Assembly (NCBI GenBank): GCA_017499595.2 | Contig: CM039001.1 | Location: 868,001 to 932,000 of the forward strand | Source: Psilocybe cubensis | Lineage: Eukaryota | Length of the DNA stretch: 64,000 bases | Direction: 5' to 3' | Shown here: one piece after another, positions 38,848 to 53,209 of the stretch | Layout: the number at the start of each line of letters is the position of its first letter | How positions within the stretch are numbered: position 1 is the stretch's first letter | Notes under the pieces: model-generated | The model's database searches: none | Told to the model about the DNA's origin: nothing | The model's input: only the letters and a program-made list of their open reading frames with translations | Program-made: the position numbers and the translations under genes

Positions 38848-40488
38848 TTCCACTACTACATTCTTCTGGATACAGTTGTGACCCTGTACAAATGTGCATC
38901 ATCGAGTACGTTACAGGTCTGGGTTTGTGTAGACGCCGTGTTGACATTACCACAGACACTTATTATTATTTAACGTTTCGATTTCAATACCCATACTACA
39001 GTTGGCATTCACTTTCTTACGGAGCGATTTACCTACTTTCAGGCCATCTCAGAGACCCGTGCGTACCCATCGGTGCCGTGAACGAACAACGCAAGAAAGG
39101 ATTACCACCGCCGCTACCTAGCCAAACTCGGTTAGCTAACGTCAGTAACTTTATTTAATCCCCCACCCCCTTTCTTTTTGTTCCCGTAGACTGTGATGCT
39201 TGCTGGTGCAGGAACCCACATCAGGAATTTCCACTAGGAGAGCCGTTTGGCGACCCTTCTTTTCCACCGCCATGTTTCGGGAAGGGTTTTGACTCTATCA
39301 GACTTTTGACTCATTCTTTCTTCTGCATACTTACGCTCACAGGTTACCTTGAATTCGCGGAGATCCCCTTCCCTTTAACTATCCTCTTCTCGTGGCGTTT
39401 TCTGGAGTGTCCAACGTGTACTTACTTGTCCACAAGTAAATACCCATCGGCTGGATGGGGGTGTCAGGGGTAATTCTCATTCCGTGTGTAGCATTTAAAG
39501 CTTGACCACCCATCTTAACGGCAGATGCAGATCTTTGAGATTTTGTTTCTTATACTCATTTGCCTTATATAGGCACGGGAAGCAAAGCTTCAGAATACAT
39601 CTTGAGAGTATGGGCTACTGAAACAGCCAGATAAATACGTGAATTTTTCAGTAATTGGGACATGCCAGACTTCGATTAGAAACTAACCGCGTTCTTGGAG
39701 GTGCGCATGCGTCGCGGCACGGCGGGGCAAGGTAGGGATGCTTACTTTTTCAAACATGCTGCGCTTCATTCAATTGCTTCAAAGCCTGTAACCATCTACT
39801 ACGCCTGGCGCGTGAAGATAGATGCTAAGAATTTGCATATGCAGATCTTCTGTGGTGATTGATGTCAACGGATGATGCCATTTAATTTCAATCCTCAACA
39901 ATCGCCATCCACTTGAACAGTCTTTAACGTGGATCGTATCTGCCCACCTACTAGATTCAACGTCAATGCTAATTGAATGGATTATGGCGACTTTAATTAA
40001 TTAATAAGTCGTGAAGAAGGCAGTGGCGATTTGAGCGGCTTCCATGCTACGACTCTCGACACTTTCGAGGGATGCCTCATTTTCCTGTAAGCGGTGCCGC
40101 GCGGTTCCGGTGCGAAGCTGAGCCTTCTGTTAGTATAAATTTTACTTGAGAATATATCTAATTCAGTAATAATGTATTGGAACAGTAACTAAATTCATGT
40201 AGTGACGTAGTCTCGCATCCGGAAACCCTGTTGTACAAGTGAAATAGAGGGGGAAATGCTGTCAGGTAGCGATACAGTCGGAAGGAAGGTGAAGAGAGTA
40301 AAAAAGATGAAAATTACAAAGGACTTATAAACGGTCATAGGATCCTTCTGGTGATAAGTATCAAGATAGAACCAGTGTGCAGAGGTAGAAAGTCAAACAA
40401 CAGAACAGAGAATAGATACAGAGTATTACAGAGTTCAATCCATGATGTCCGTGAATCCCAAATCTGTAGAAAAGAAATCCGTTTTCCA

Positions 40489-41610
40489 CTACGAAAAGGC
40501 TAACCCTGCCCAGGTCGTAACTGCTCCTATAACCGCCGCGCCAGCAGCAGATTTGAGTGTAGAACCGCCCTGACCGGCTGCAACCTTTGCCTTTGCACTT
40601 AGATATGCCTTTCGATTTTCCTTTTCTATTTTCTTGAAAAGCTCATCTACCGCACTTTCATTACGTCCAAGAATAACAAGTGCTTGTGGATCGTTTTCGT
40701 CGTCGCTCATACTTATGGCTGTAGAGAACTTGAGCGAAGTGGCCTTTGCCACTACGTCCGCTACATCTGCCTTTGGGATGATGTAGATGGTGGCAGCGGC
40801 ACCATCGGATAGTTTGGATACGAAAATATCGCGTTCTGCTGCACTCATAGTGCGGCCAAGTGGTTGGGGTTGCCGTACAACATTTGGTGGGCGGTGGCTT
40901 GACAGGCTCTCGGTGGTGGTTAAGTGCGAAGGATCGCTGATATAGGAAAGGTCCGCGGAAATGATTTCCTCCTCTTTGGTCGGTGGAGTGGAGCTGGAAG
41001 TGAAACTGGAAGCGGGCGTAGGTGGAATGAGTGTACCTGGCATTGTAGCTCGAGGACCTTTCGACTTGTCCCGGACCGGCGAAGGGGTTGCAATGGTCTC
41101 CTGCCATCTTACTATCCGAGCTGTTTTGCCACTTTCTGCGTCACTTTCTTCATCCCGGTCACCAAATATCCCTGGTTCAAGTAGGCGCGCTACAATTTCG
41201 CTCGAACTTGTTGAAAGAGAGAGGAGGCTGTCGCTCTGGTTAACTGGTGGTTGTGCAGAGAGGCGACGGCGATTGCGGATGAATGTTTTTGCCTCTTCTT
41301 CACTTTCGCGCTCTAGGGCGCGTCCAGGAGATGCGATTGCCATAGATTCCAACGCGTCTGATAAATGCCTCTCCAGTGTGTTCCCCCTATTTTCCGCCCC
41401 CTGTGCTCTCGTCGGCGATTCCGTGAAGGGACATCCAGACCGTGGATGTCCCGCCCTCGGTCGTTTACATTTTGAACATTGGGGCACCTTGCGTGGTGTT
41501 GCAGATGGTGTCGTGCTCTCAAGGTCGTCAACTGTCAACGCGCTGTTTTTGCTACCTACTGAAGGTGAATTCTGGACTGAGCGCGACGCGGATCTAAGAG
41601 CATATGGCAT
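40489..41610 (-). CDS. Uncharacterised intronless protein: CxxC-GH-C zinc-knuckle, disordered middle, C-terminal transmembrane tail
   Basis: 373-aa ATG-started ORF containing RKVPQCSKCKRPRAGHPRSGCP and ending SAAGAAVIGAVTTWAGLAFS*. Confidence 0.85.
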   Translation of the reverse strand: MPYALRSASRSVQNSPSVGSKNSALTVDDLESTTPSATPRKVPQCSKCKRPRAGHPRSGCPFTESPTRAQGAENRGNTLERHLSDALESMAIASPGRALERESEEEAKTFIRNRRRLSAQPPVNQSDSLLSLSTSSSEIVARLLEPGIFGDRDEESDAESGKTARIVRWQETIATPSPVRDKSKGPRATMPGTLIPPTPASSFTSSSTPPTKEEEIISADLSYISDPSHLTTTESLSSHRPPNVVRQPQPLGRTMSAAERDIFVSKLSDGAAATIYIIPKADVADVVAKATSLKFSTAISMSDDENDPQALVILGRNESAVDELFKKIEKENRKAYLSAKAKVAAGQGGSTLKSAAGAAVIGAVTTWAGLAFS

Positions 41611-43195
41611 AGTATCGGTTCACGGCTCGAGTTTTCAGGCGTATTGCGGGCTTGATTTATAGAGACTGAGGTTAGGCTTGATAGTCGGATCCTTGAGAAT
41701 GCGACTTTTAAAATTGGGCAGTGGCCTTTTATGGGTTGAATTATAACAAAAGGTTTGGGTTGGCGACGGGATCAATCGCGTCCTTGTCACTCACATTCGC
41801 TTCAGGTTTCTAGGCCAGATTGGAGCCACTGTCTTTGTGCTCGAAATACCTTGGTGCCACTGAAAGCAGTAAGGGACGTAAATTGTGTTGTGTAGTATTA
41901 TAGCAATAAATTTCAAGGACTCAGGATGAGTCAACAAATTCACGTTCCGGTTTCTCACACAACCGGTTTCGGTGTGCCACCGTATTGTCAAACTTGGTCA
42001 AACCTTAAAGGCTCCTCAAAAGTCGAAATCGTCTCGAAGGTCATGTTCAAGCCTGACACTCTTTTTCCAGATTATTCAGAGTAATCCGAAGCTCGTATAA
42101 GGGAGGCCCTTTGAGCCATCCAATCACACACTCAACGCTGGTCGCTGCCTGTTTCATTCGAACCAATATCCATATATTATACATCATCTTTTGAACACAT
42201 TGTGGCCTCTCATTTCATTGAAATTACCTGTTAACAATGGAACAAGCCTTGTGACTCGATGCAGATTCTGCCTGGGCTCTAGCTCGGAAACATTCATGTA
42301 CTTATCTCACAAGATTCTGAGGCCAGTCCCGAATAGGCAGTAACATTACCATTGGTGGCAACCTCGCAAGTTGAACACGCAATGACTTGGAATGAGTTCA
42401 TCAAACAATGACTTGGGAGTAAGAAACCTTGAACATTGTGTAAACGTTATAGCGTTTAGAGATAAGCATGTAGAGTTGCAACACTGGTCGATGTGTAGGC
42501 AACCAGTGGATATTATGAGCGACGTCAAGTATAGCATCCAGCAATAAAAACATTGGCTAAAAATGAAGGTCTCAATACGATATTCCATTATATGCCCCGT
42601 GTTGTATGGAGGCGCCAATCACTAACAATTAATGCATGGAAAAGACCAAAAAAAGTGACATCATAGGATATTTTCAACTCTCAGCTATTCGCCAGCAAAG
42701 CTATATTTTAATTAAATGGCTCAGAAAGATGAAACCGTAAACATGCACTTATCGTTTATGACTGTAGCCTGATACAGACAATCTGATACCAAGTTCGAGT
42801 CAAAGAAAGGAAGCAAAATACAAAGAAAATGATCACAAATTCGGCAGTAACCGATTCTCCAAAGTGATGGCTAACGGACATGACACGGTCAAGAATTGGT
42901 CAAGAAGTCCGTTCCAACCTGCTACATAGTTTGTACCACTAATCATGTCCCATTCACAAGAAGTCTATCCTTAAGGTAAGAAATAAAGTCGTTTCCGCGT
43001 TATCAAATGGAACATTAACTGCGCGTAGGCTCAGGGGGCGCAATCGGGTTATCACCCTGTTTCTGTTACTTCGACCACCGACTATTTCACGCTCTTTTCC
43101 AGAAACCTACCGCTTAAAGCACCCATACACATAATTGATACCCTCATACACTTATTCCATTCTCTCAGCTTTTAAGCTGTGGGTTATACCTTGCG

Positions 43196-44872
43196 ATGAA
43201 GAACTTTGTAACTCGGAAAACCTCGCATGGCTTACTGAAACGGTGCGTGCCAACTTCACCTCATCGTTCTGTCAGTTTATAAAACGTTGCCAGACATTCA
43301 GATACCCAACTTGCTGAGAGGGCTGATGAAAATTGTGAACCAGCAGATCCTGCCAACACCGTAACTGACAGGTTGAACACATTGCTTCAGAATTCGGGCG
43401 ATGGCTATGTCCTGAGCTTATGTCCATCTCAGACTTACATGATACAAGCGCCTATCCTATTCGCACATCCCAACCAAGAGATAAGCACCCTTGGTTACCC
43501 CAGAGATAACACAAGAGCTGTAATCTCCGTCGCAGGGCCTGTAATGAACGGGCAAGGTCATACAACGGCGGTCGATGGAACGTGCAGTACTTGTTCAGGG
43601 GTCAAGCTGAGGAATGTTCAAGTAAGAAGCTTCACTAATGAAAAACCTCATTTCTTATATTTTATTATGTTGATTCTGACATCTAGATTGACGGTGCCAG
43701 GCGAGGAGCTGCCCCTACGAACGGCGGCGGAAATATTGAAATGGGGGGAGGCAACTCAAACCAATTAATCGAATTCGTACATTCTTGGGATCCAAGAAGT
43801 TGGACTTGTCTCCACATTGCAGAAGGTCCCTTAAGCTGTAGTGGGGTCACCATTCAAAACAACGATATTGGTCCTTGTGGTTCAGATGCCTTTCAAGAAT
43901 GGGCCGACGGGATCAGTGTTAGCTGCCGGGATTCTGTAGTCCGCAATAACATGATTCAAGATCCTACTGATGGAGGTATCGTCGTATTTGGGTCCCCTGG
44001 GACACAGGTCTACAACAATACCATCTGGATTCTTAATGTACGTCGCATTCGTCGTGCTTTACCGGGAAGTGGAAAAGTCTAATCTGTGTCAGGCAACATT
44101 GTTAGGCGGGATCAACCTTGTTGATTATGACCCTTGGAATGGGGATTTCACGAGTACAGTTGTTCGCGATAATGTCATTTTGGGTGGTTTCGCGACAGAT
44201 GAGCCAGATAATGATACCAAGGGAAACAATGCTGAGAATGCTATCATCAAGTTGGTCGTTTTTCGATATTTTTTGTACGCGTAACTCAATCTATGGCTTT
44301 GAAGGATTGGAATAGCTATTGGGCCGAAGACCTGGTTCGGCGATAGATACGGCAATAACGTGGTCAAGAATGGGGTCGTACAAAACAACAAATTGTCTGG
44401 GGCTTTCAGCTACGGGATAGCCGCTACATCTGCCACCAATTTTACAATCCAAGGAAATGCGATGTTTGGAAATACTTCATTCATTGGTGCTCGTGGCCCC
44501 CTTTGCACGGACAGTGATGTAGTCCCTACACCAGGTCCCTTTATTTTGGACCCGACTACAACGACGGATATGTCTGTACAATCTGACTTTCAGCACAGCA
44601 ATGAAGCCGATGCCTTCACCTGTGTTCTTCCTCCCAATGGAGGCGACTTCTGGCCTTTTGGTCTCAACCCTTCCAACTCTTCTACCTCTGCAGGCACCAA
44701 TGGCACCAAACCCACTTCTGGAAACACCGCTGGGGTTGCAATAGGAGTCATTGTAGCAGTGATCGCAACTGCCATCATAACATGGTTTGCTCGGAAAAAA
44801 ATTATCGCTCATCGGGAAGCCGCCCATCATTTCAAAGCTACAAAACAAACGGAGTACAACCAGAAAATTTAA
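43196..44872 (+). CDS. Right-handed beta-helix (pectin-lyase-fold) protein with C-terminal TM anchor
   Basis: Beta-helix-type repeats VTIQNNDIGPCGS, WADGISVSCRDSVVRNNMIQDPTDGGIVVFGSPGTQVYNNTI, VVRDNVILG. TM segment GVAIGVIVAVIATAIITWFARKK. The 5' end is uncertain because no clear signal peptide was seen. Confidence 0.8.
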
Positions 44873-45433
44873 ATGTCCTGAATTTCTTGACCTCCTAACA
44901 TTCTTTTCAACTCTTGTCGTTAACTTTACTTATCAAATAGACTTCGCCCAGATAGATTTTAATACCCACTGAACGGACAATTTTGTTTACTACATCACGG
45001 CCTGTCCTGCTGTAATTACTTGCTCCCCGACTACAGGTTACAACAGTAGCACTACTTTGTACCAAATTTATCTGTACAGGTTTCTGTATAGAATATATTC
45101 TGCCTGAATTTCAACACATAATTCACAGAAAAAGGTTTACTGCGCTGGTCTTTGAAACCCATTAAAAGTTTGAAGAATTGCTGGATCGTGGCAGCAAATT
45201 TGTGATAATAAAAGTGATCACGTGTCTAGGATGGCACTGTACATTCTGGCTGACGAGTGGATTTTGGACGAAGACCTTTTGGGTTCTCACATTGACCGAC
45301 TCAGCGACAGTGGCAATTTCAGAAACATTGCCCTTGTCTTTTTCTAAGTCTCTATATCTCTATTTTATTCTAAGGCTCCATCCACCTCAGATTGGAATCG
45401 CCCTTGTACTCGACTTGGTTCCAAGTTTCAAGT

Positions 45434-48177
<2,744 letters not shown>

Positions 48178-49862
48178 TGAAGACAAAAACCCCGCAAGAC
48201 ATGTACCCTCTTTTCTCCTTTCAAAGGAGTCTGTGCGCCTCCGCAAACTATGGACATTGCCTTGACCAAGCTCTCCCGTCTTCTTTACCACGGTACTTGG
48301 TTTATTTATCTCTTCGTTTTTAACAGGGATCTTCGCCACACTGGAGCTTGGTACTTCCAACTCTTCATGGAGCTTGTGTCATCTGTTCAAGGTGATGATT
48401 GGTCTTCCTCACTCTCCCAATTTTTGTGATATCTTTTTTGGGTTCGTACAATAACTTCTACCATATTACTCCTTGTATTTTCTCTTCTCGTATACACCGA
48501 GAAAAATAAACTGTATATTATCATAGAGTATATTACAACCAATTATGCTCCCAACAGCGGTATGCGCGCGTTTTCAACATCGTCGGTTGTTTTCTACAAA
48601 TATCCCATAAATCTTTTGAGGTCCCTGTGGAAGGACTTCACCTCGTTCCGGGGGACTATTAAAGTGGGCTTGTGTATTCTGTCACTCAGTATTCACGGAA
48701 TTTCAAGGCATTGCGAAATACTAGCGAACGTTTAAATCTTATGTCAAGATCTAGGCGACTCCGAGTAATTAACGCCTAAATCTATTCAGGCTCTCGGGTC
48801 GATGACTCGAATACTATTTGTTAAGCATTATCCTTCCGAAGTATGGGTCGATCATTGAACAATTTTCCGAATTGGAACAAAATGGCTGGTTTTCGTATGA
48901 AGGTTTGCTATAAATGTCAATTTGTAGGCTACCCTATAAAAACCGGACTACCAATGAATATGTAAATGGGGGGAGGGCAATCAGTTACTCAAGGTTCATT
49001 CGGGGTTGAAGTCGGGGATGTTCTGTGGCTTGGGCTGGGTAGCGGTTTCATCAAGGAGTACAACCGCCAGACAGCCGCCATCCTTCTAGACGGGGGTGAT
49101 AGGAGGGGCACTATGGACACCTTTCGCTGAAAAACGTTCCGAACCCTTAACAATGAACATGCTGAGGGAAAAACGTTATCGGTCTGGACTCTTATGTCTT
49201 GACTCAAACACTTCAGACCCGACACCTAAATATATATAACCATTGATGAAGAATTAGAGAAGATTTTTTAATACAGTAAACTTTGGCAAACGTCCCACTT
49301 GATTACGACCGTGATTTAAGAACGAGGGTCAGCGGGTTTCCGCTATATGCCATTTGCTTAAAGTTAGTTTAATAGTAATAATAGATTGCAACGTAGGCAC
49401 ATGTATATGGCGCATGAAACAATCAACGTCGTTTTGGTCGGTCGAAGATATAATGGAATTGATGACAACACGTCATAAGCTTGTTTAAGGTTCAATTGTA
49501 CAGAGTGTAGACACGGCCTTATTTCCAATGCATGATAGAGGACCACGACCTGAAGCTTGAAGCGTCACTAATAGACCATCTGGGTCACACGTATACGCGA
49601 GGAATGTAGGTATTAGTTATCATAGTCTGAGGTTCTCCCAACAAAATGGACGCAAAGGAAGAGATATTGACTACACCAGGTAAATCAGTATGTCGATTAA
49701 TTATATCTGCCACTTCGATCCCACATTCCACAGTCCTCCGGATTATACCGCGCAAATTTGAATCTTTCAGTGTTGCTGAGAAAAGGGCCTTAATTGAATC
49801 CCTATTTTTGCTAGCAAACAAAGAATCCTCACAGGTCATTGAGGGTATTGTCGAACATTCAT

Positions 49863-50885
49863 TCATTCTCTCGGACTTCTACGTGAATGATGGTCGTATG
49901 AACGGCTTTCTTCGTCCAAATGTTTCGAACGTCTGGGAGGGTAGCTTTCGTCTCCATGAGGACTATGGCGTGAACGTCCTCGCATTGGAGATCGGCTCCT
50001 CCTTTCTCTGCTCGGTGAGTGCCGTCTACTACTTCGGTCTTGTTCTTCAGATGCAGATGGCGGACGTCCTAGACTGTTTAGCAAGTCCTCCACGCCCTTC
50101 AAGGCAGACGACTTCGCTTTTTTAGCCCTTTTCCTTTCTTTTCTTGCACGTCTTTCCTCGGGTGTCTCGTCCTTGTGTTTCCCTTTCGATTTAGACTTCT
50201 TGTCCTTTTTGAGAGCTTTTTTCTCCCGTCTTTGGGCAATCAAATAATCTCTCATGGGATCCTCTGGATCTATTGATGCCCCTGTCATTGCTGAAGAATC
50301 TGATTCTTCCCCTGCATCTAATTGATTTTCAGACGAGTGCGAAGCAGGTATACATGATTGTTCATACCTTCAATTAACTGAGGTCGTGCGTTCAGGCTTT
50401 GGTCCTCTGGATCCACAAATTCTCCATCCTCATTCTTTATCTTGGGTTGCTTGTAGTTCTTAACGTGGTCCACTCGAAGGGTTCTATCAAGAACTTTGGC
50501 CCCGTTGAGATTGTCAACGGCAAGTATAGTTGACCTCTGATCTTCGTACATAAGAAAGGCAAACCCTTTGCGGGCCCCCGTGTCCTTGTCTCGAGGCATA
50601 TTCACGTCAAGAACTTCACCAAATCTGCAATAAATGAGTAGAGGGTTGATTCGATATGTACAAAATATACATACTGGGAAAATATTGTGATGACATCGCC
50701 TTCGGTAAGGTCATAATTGAGACCGCCAACGAAGATATAGGCAGAATCTTTGTACTCATCGTGCCATGACGCGCCGCTAAGCCCTAGATCTAGTTCAGCC
50801 TGGTTAATTTTGTTTATTTCTTTGACGACGCTGGGTTAACTGGATCAGTATTCGGTGCAGCGACATTGTAGAGAACGTACTTCAT
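49863..50885 (-). CDS. IST3: RES complex RRM protein Ist3/Snu17/RBMX2
   Basis: MNVVKEINKIN..., SWHDEYKDSAYIFVGGLNYDLTEGDVITIFSQ, KGFAFLMYEDQRSTILAVDNLNG, RTLRVDHV and a K/R/S-rich tail. The first coding exon is only ATGAA (50881-50885). Confidence 0.93.
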
Positions 50886-50983
50886 GATTGGGATGTGAAT
50901 GAGCTAATGAAAGGCGTATTTTCCCACGGCTACTTGAATGCCTTGTGAAGCACAAAATTTTTGGAAGTCTGCTAGTGGACACA

Positions 50984-53145
50984 ATGTCTTCATTTTCATT
51001 GCCGCCTATTCATGACAATCCTGACGGTGGATGGGGCCCTTCCACTTCCAACTTCCCAGACCAGTTCAAGTTCAAGGATATTCCTTATGCTCCTTACTCG
51101 AAGAGCGACAAGCTTGGTCGCTTTGCCGATTGGAATGATCTATCGTCCGATAATCGTCAAAACGTAGCTGGCTTGCCAGCCACCCAAAATGTTCGTGGAG
51201 GAGGTCCTGGTGGTCGTCGTGGCGACAGGAATCAGGCCTTTGGTAGCGGTACAGCCAGTGCTTTTGCTTACTTCCACGTCGAGGATGAATCGTCATTTTC
51301 GCTTGTCGACAACAAGGCTGCACCCGCTCGTCGTGGTACTGGATTCAGCCGTGGGCGTGGAGGAGTGCGTGGTACCGCCAACTATAGTAATGTCAGAGGT
51401 AGTGGTAGAGGTGGACGAGGTGGAGCCGCTTTCCGTGGTGGTGCCAATCAACGCAATGCCCCGAACCAAAGACGAGGCTGGAGAGATTGGGAAAAGGTAT
51501 ATTCATTTCTCTCTTCTTCATAACTTTATCTCACAAGTAACTGGTCAAGAACAACCGCGCTAGAGAATCTTCAGTCGTTATATCTCCTCAATGGAATATG
51601 CTGGAGGAGGTTGAATTCCATCGTCTAGCGAAGTTGAGACTTGAAATCGACGAACCCGAAGAATTGTAAGCACATCGTCATCCTTCGACCAATGCTTAAG
51701 CTGATATTGGTTTACAGGGATTCCTATGGACGTCTCTTCGCATACGATAAATCTTACGACCGCGTGACTACAAAAACCGAGAAACCACTCCAATTGGTGG
51801 ATCGTATCAAATACAACACTACTACTTCTGATGATCCCGTCATCCAACAAGTGAGTATTAATAAAATTATTTTTCCAATATCATTATCTGATTTCCCTTG
51901 CAGCTTGCTAGCTCTGGAATTGCTAAAGTGTATACCACCGATGCTATTCTCAGTGTGTTGATGTGCGCACCCAGATCCGTGTATCCATGGGACATTGTTA
52001 TAGTTCGCGAGGGAGATAGCTTGTTCCTGGACAAGCGTGATGGTGGTCCATTTGACACAGTCACTGTAAATGAAAATGCTGCAGATCCTCCCCAGGATCC
52101 TACCCCACCCAACCCCAACAATCCCACCGAAAAGGCCGCTATCCCTGAAACGGCGTCCATCAATTCTGCTACTTCGTTATCTCTAGAAGCTACCTATATT
52201 AACCAAAATTTCGGATTCCAATCTGTAATCGAAACGGCCCCTCCGCCTCCTGTGGATTTCGCTAACCCGAACCCCTTCTATGGTCCGGAAGAAACTGAGC
52301 CCCTTGCCTCTTGCGGATACCGATACAGGCTCTTCGACCTTGGAATCACCGAAGACGAAGATATCAAAATCTGTGTTCGCACGGAGGTTGATGCGTACAT
52401 CCCCGGCCAAGGAAATCCTCGCGAAGGCCAGGGATTAGTCACCATTCGGGCTCTCAATGAATTCGATCCTCGAGCCCAAGGCGCAGGTGGCGCCCCGGAC
52501 TGGCGCTCAAAGTTGGATTCCCAACGTGGTGCTGTTGTTGCAACCGAGATGAAGAATAACAGTTGTAAACTTGCTAAATGGACAGTTCAGAGTGTCCTGG
52601 CAGGAGCTGAGCTCATGAAAATTGGGTATGTCAATATTCATTTATTTCATTCATTCGCCGTCACTACTCTTCCCGGAAATTCTGGCCTTTGATGATTCCC
52701 ACGTATTTTGATGACTCGCCGCCAACTCTCGTTTCAAACATCAAATCCCCAGATGTAGCTGTATTTTACTAACTTATTCTCTTTTTTTTGTAATCTAGAT
52801 ACATTTCGCGAGCGAACCCCCGTGACAACACTCGACATGTCATCCTGAGCACTGCCTCCATGCGGCCAACTGATTTCGCAGCGCAGCTGAATGTTTCCTT
52901 GGCCAATGGATGGGGTATAGTCCGAACGGTCACCGATATGTGCATGAAAATGCCTGAAGGGAAATACGTATTGGTGAAGGACCCTAACAAGGTTTGTTCC
53001 TCGACACTTGTTCCCTATTGCTGTGAATGCTGATCATTGAAATGGCACTTTTTGATAGCCCGTAATCCGTTTGTACGCTGTACCCATGTCAACTTTCACT
53101 GGTGATGATGAGGAAGTAGCTGAAGTGGCTTCGGAAGAAGAGTAG
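50984..53145 (+). CDS. eIF3d: Eukaryotic translation initiation factor 3 subunit D
   Basis: [113 protein letters not shown]. Confidence 0.96.
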
Positions 53146-53209
53146 CTCTGATGCACTTCAGGGAAATACTGCAACATCGTATTCCTTTTGACATGTATTT
53201 GTGTATTCG

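Noticed and set aside
39070-39090. In-frame TGA in the cryptic Cys-rich mini-gene as possible selenocysteine
   Set aside because: Dikarya are not known to have Sec machinery, no SECIS was identified and the gene model itself is speculative.
40961-41662. 233-aa plus-strand ORF antisense to the zinc-knuckle gene
   Set aside because: Shadow ORF of a Ser/Pro-rich coding strand with no independent features.
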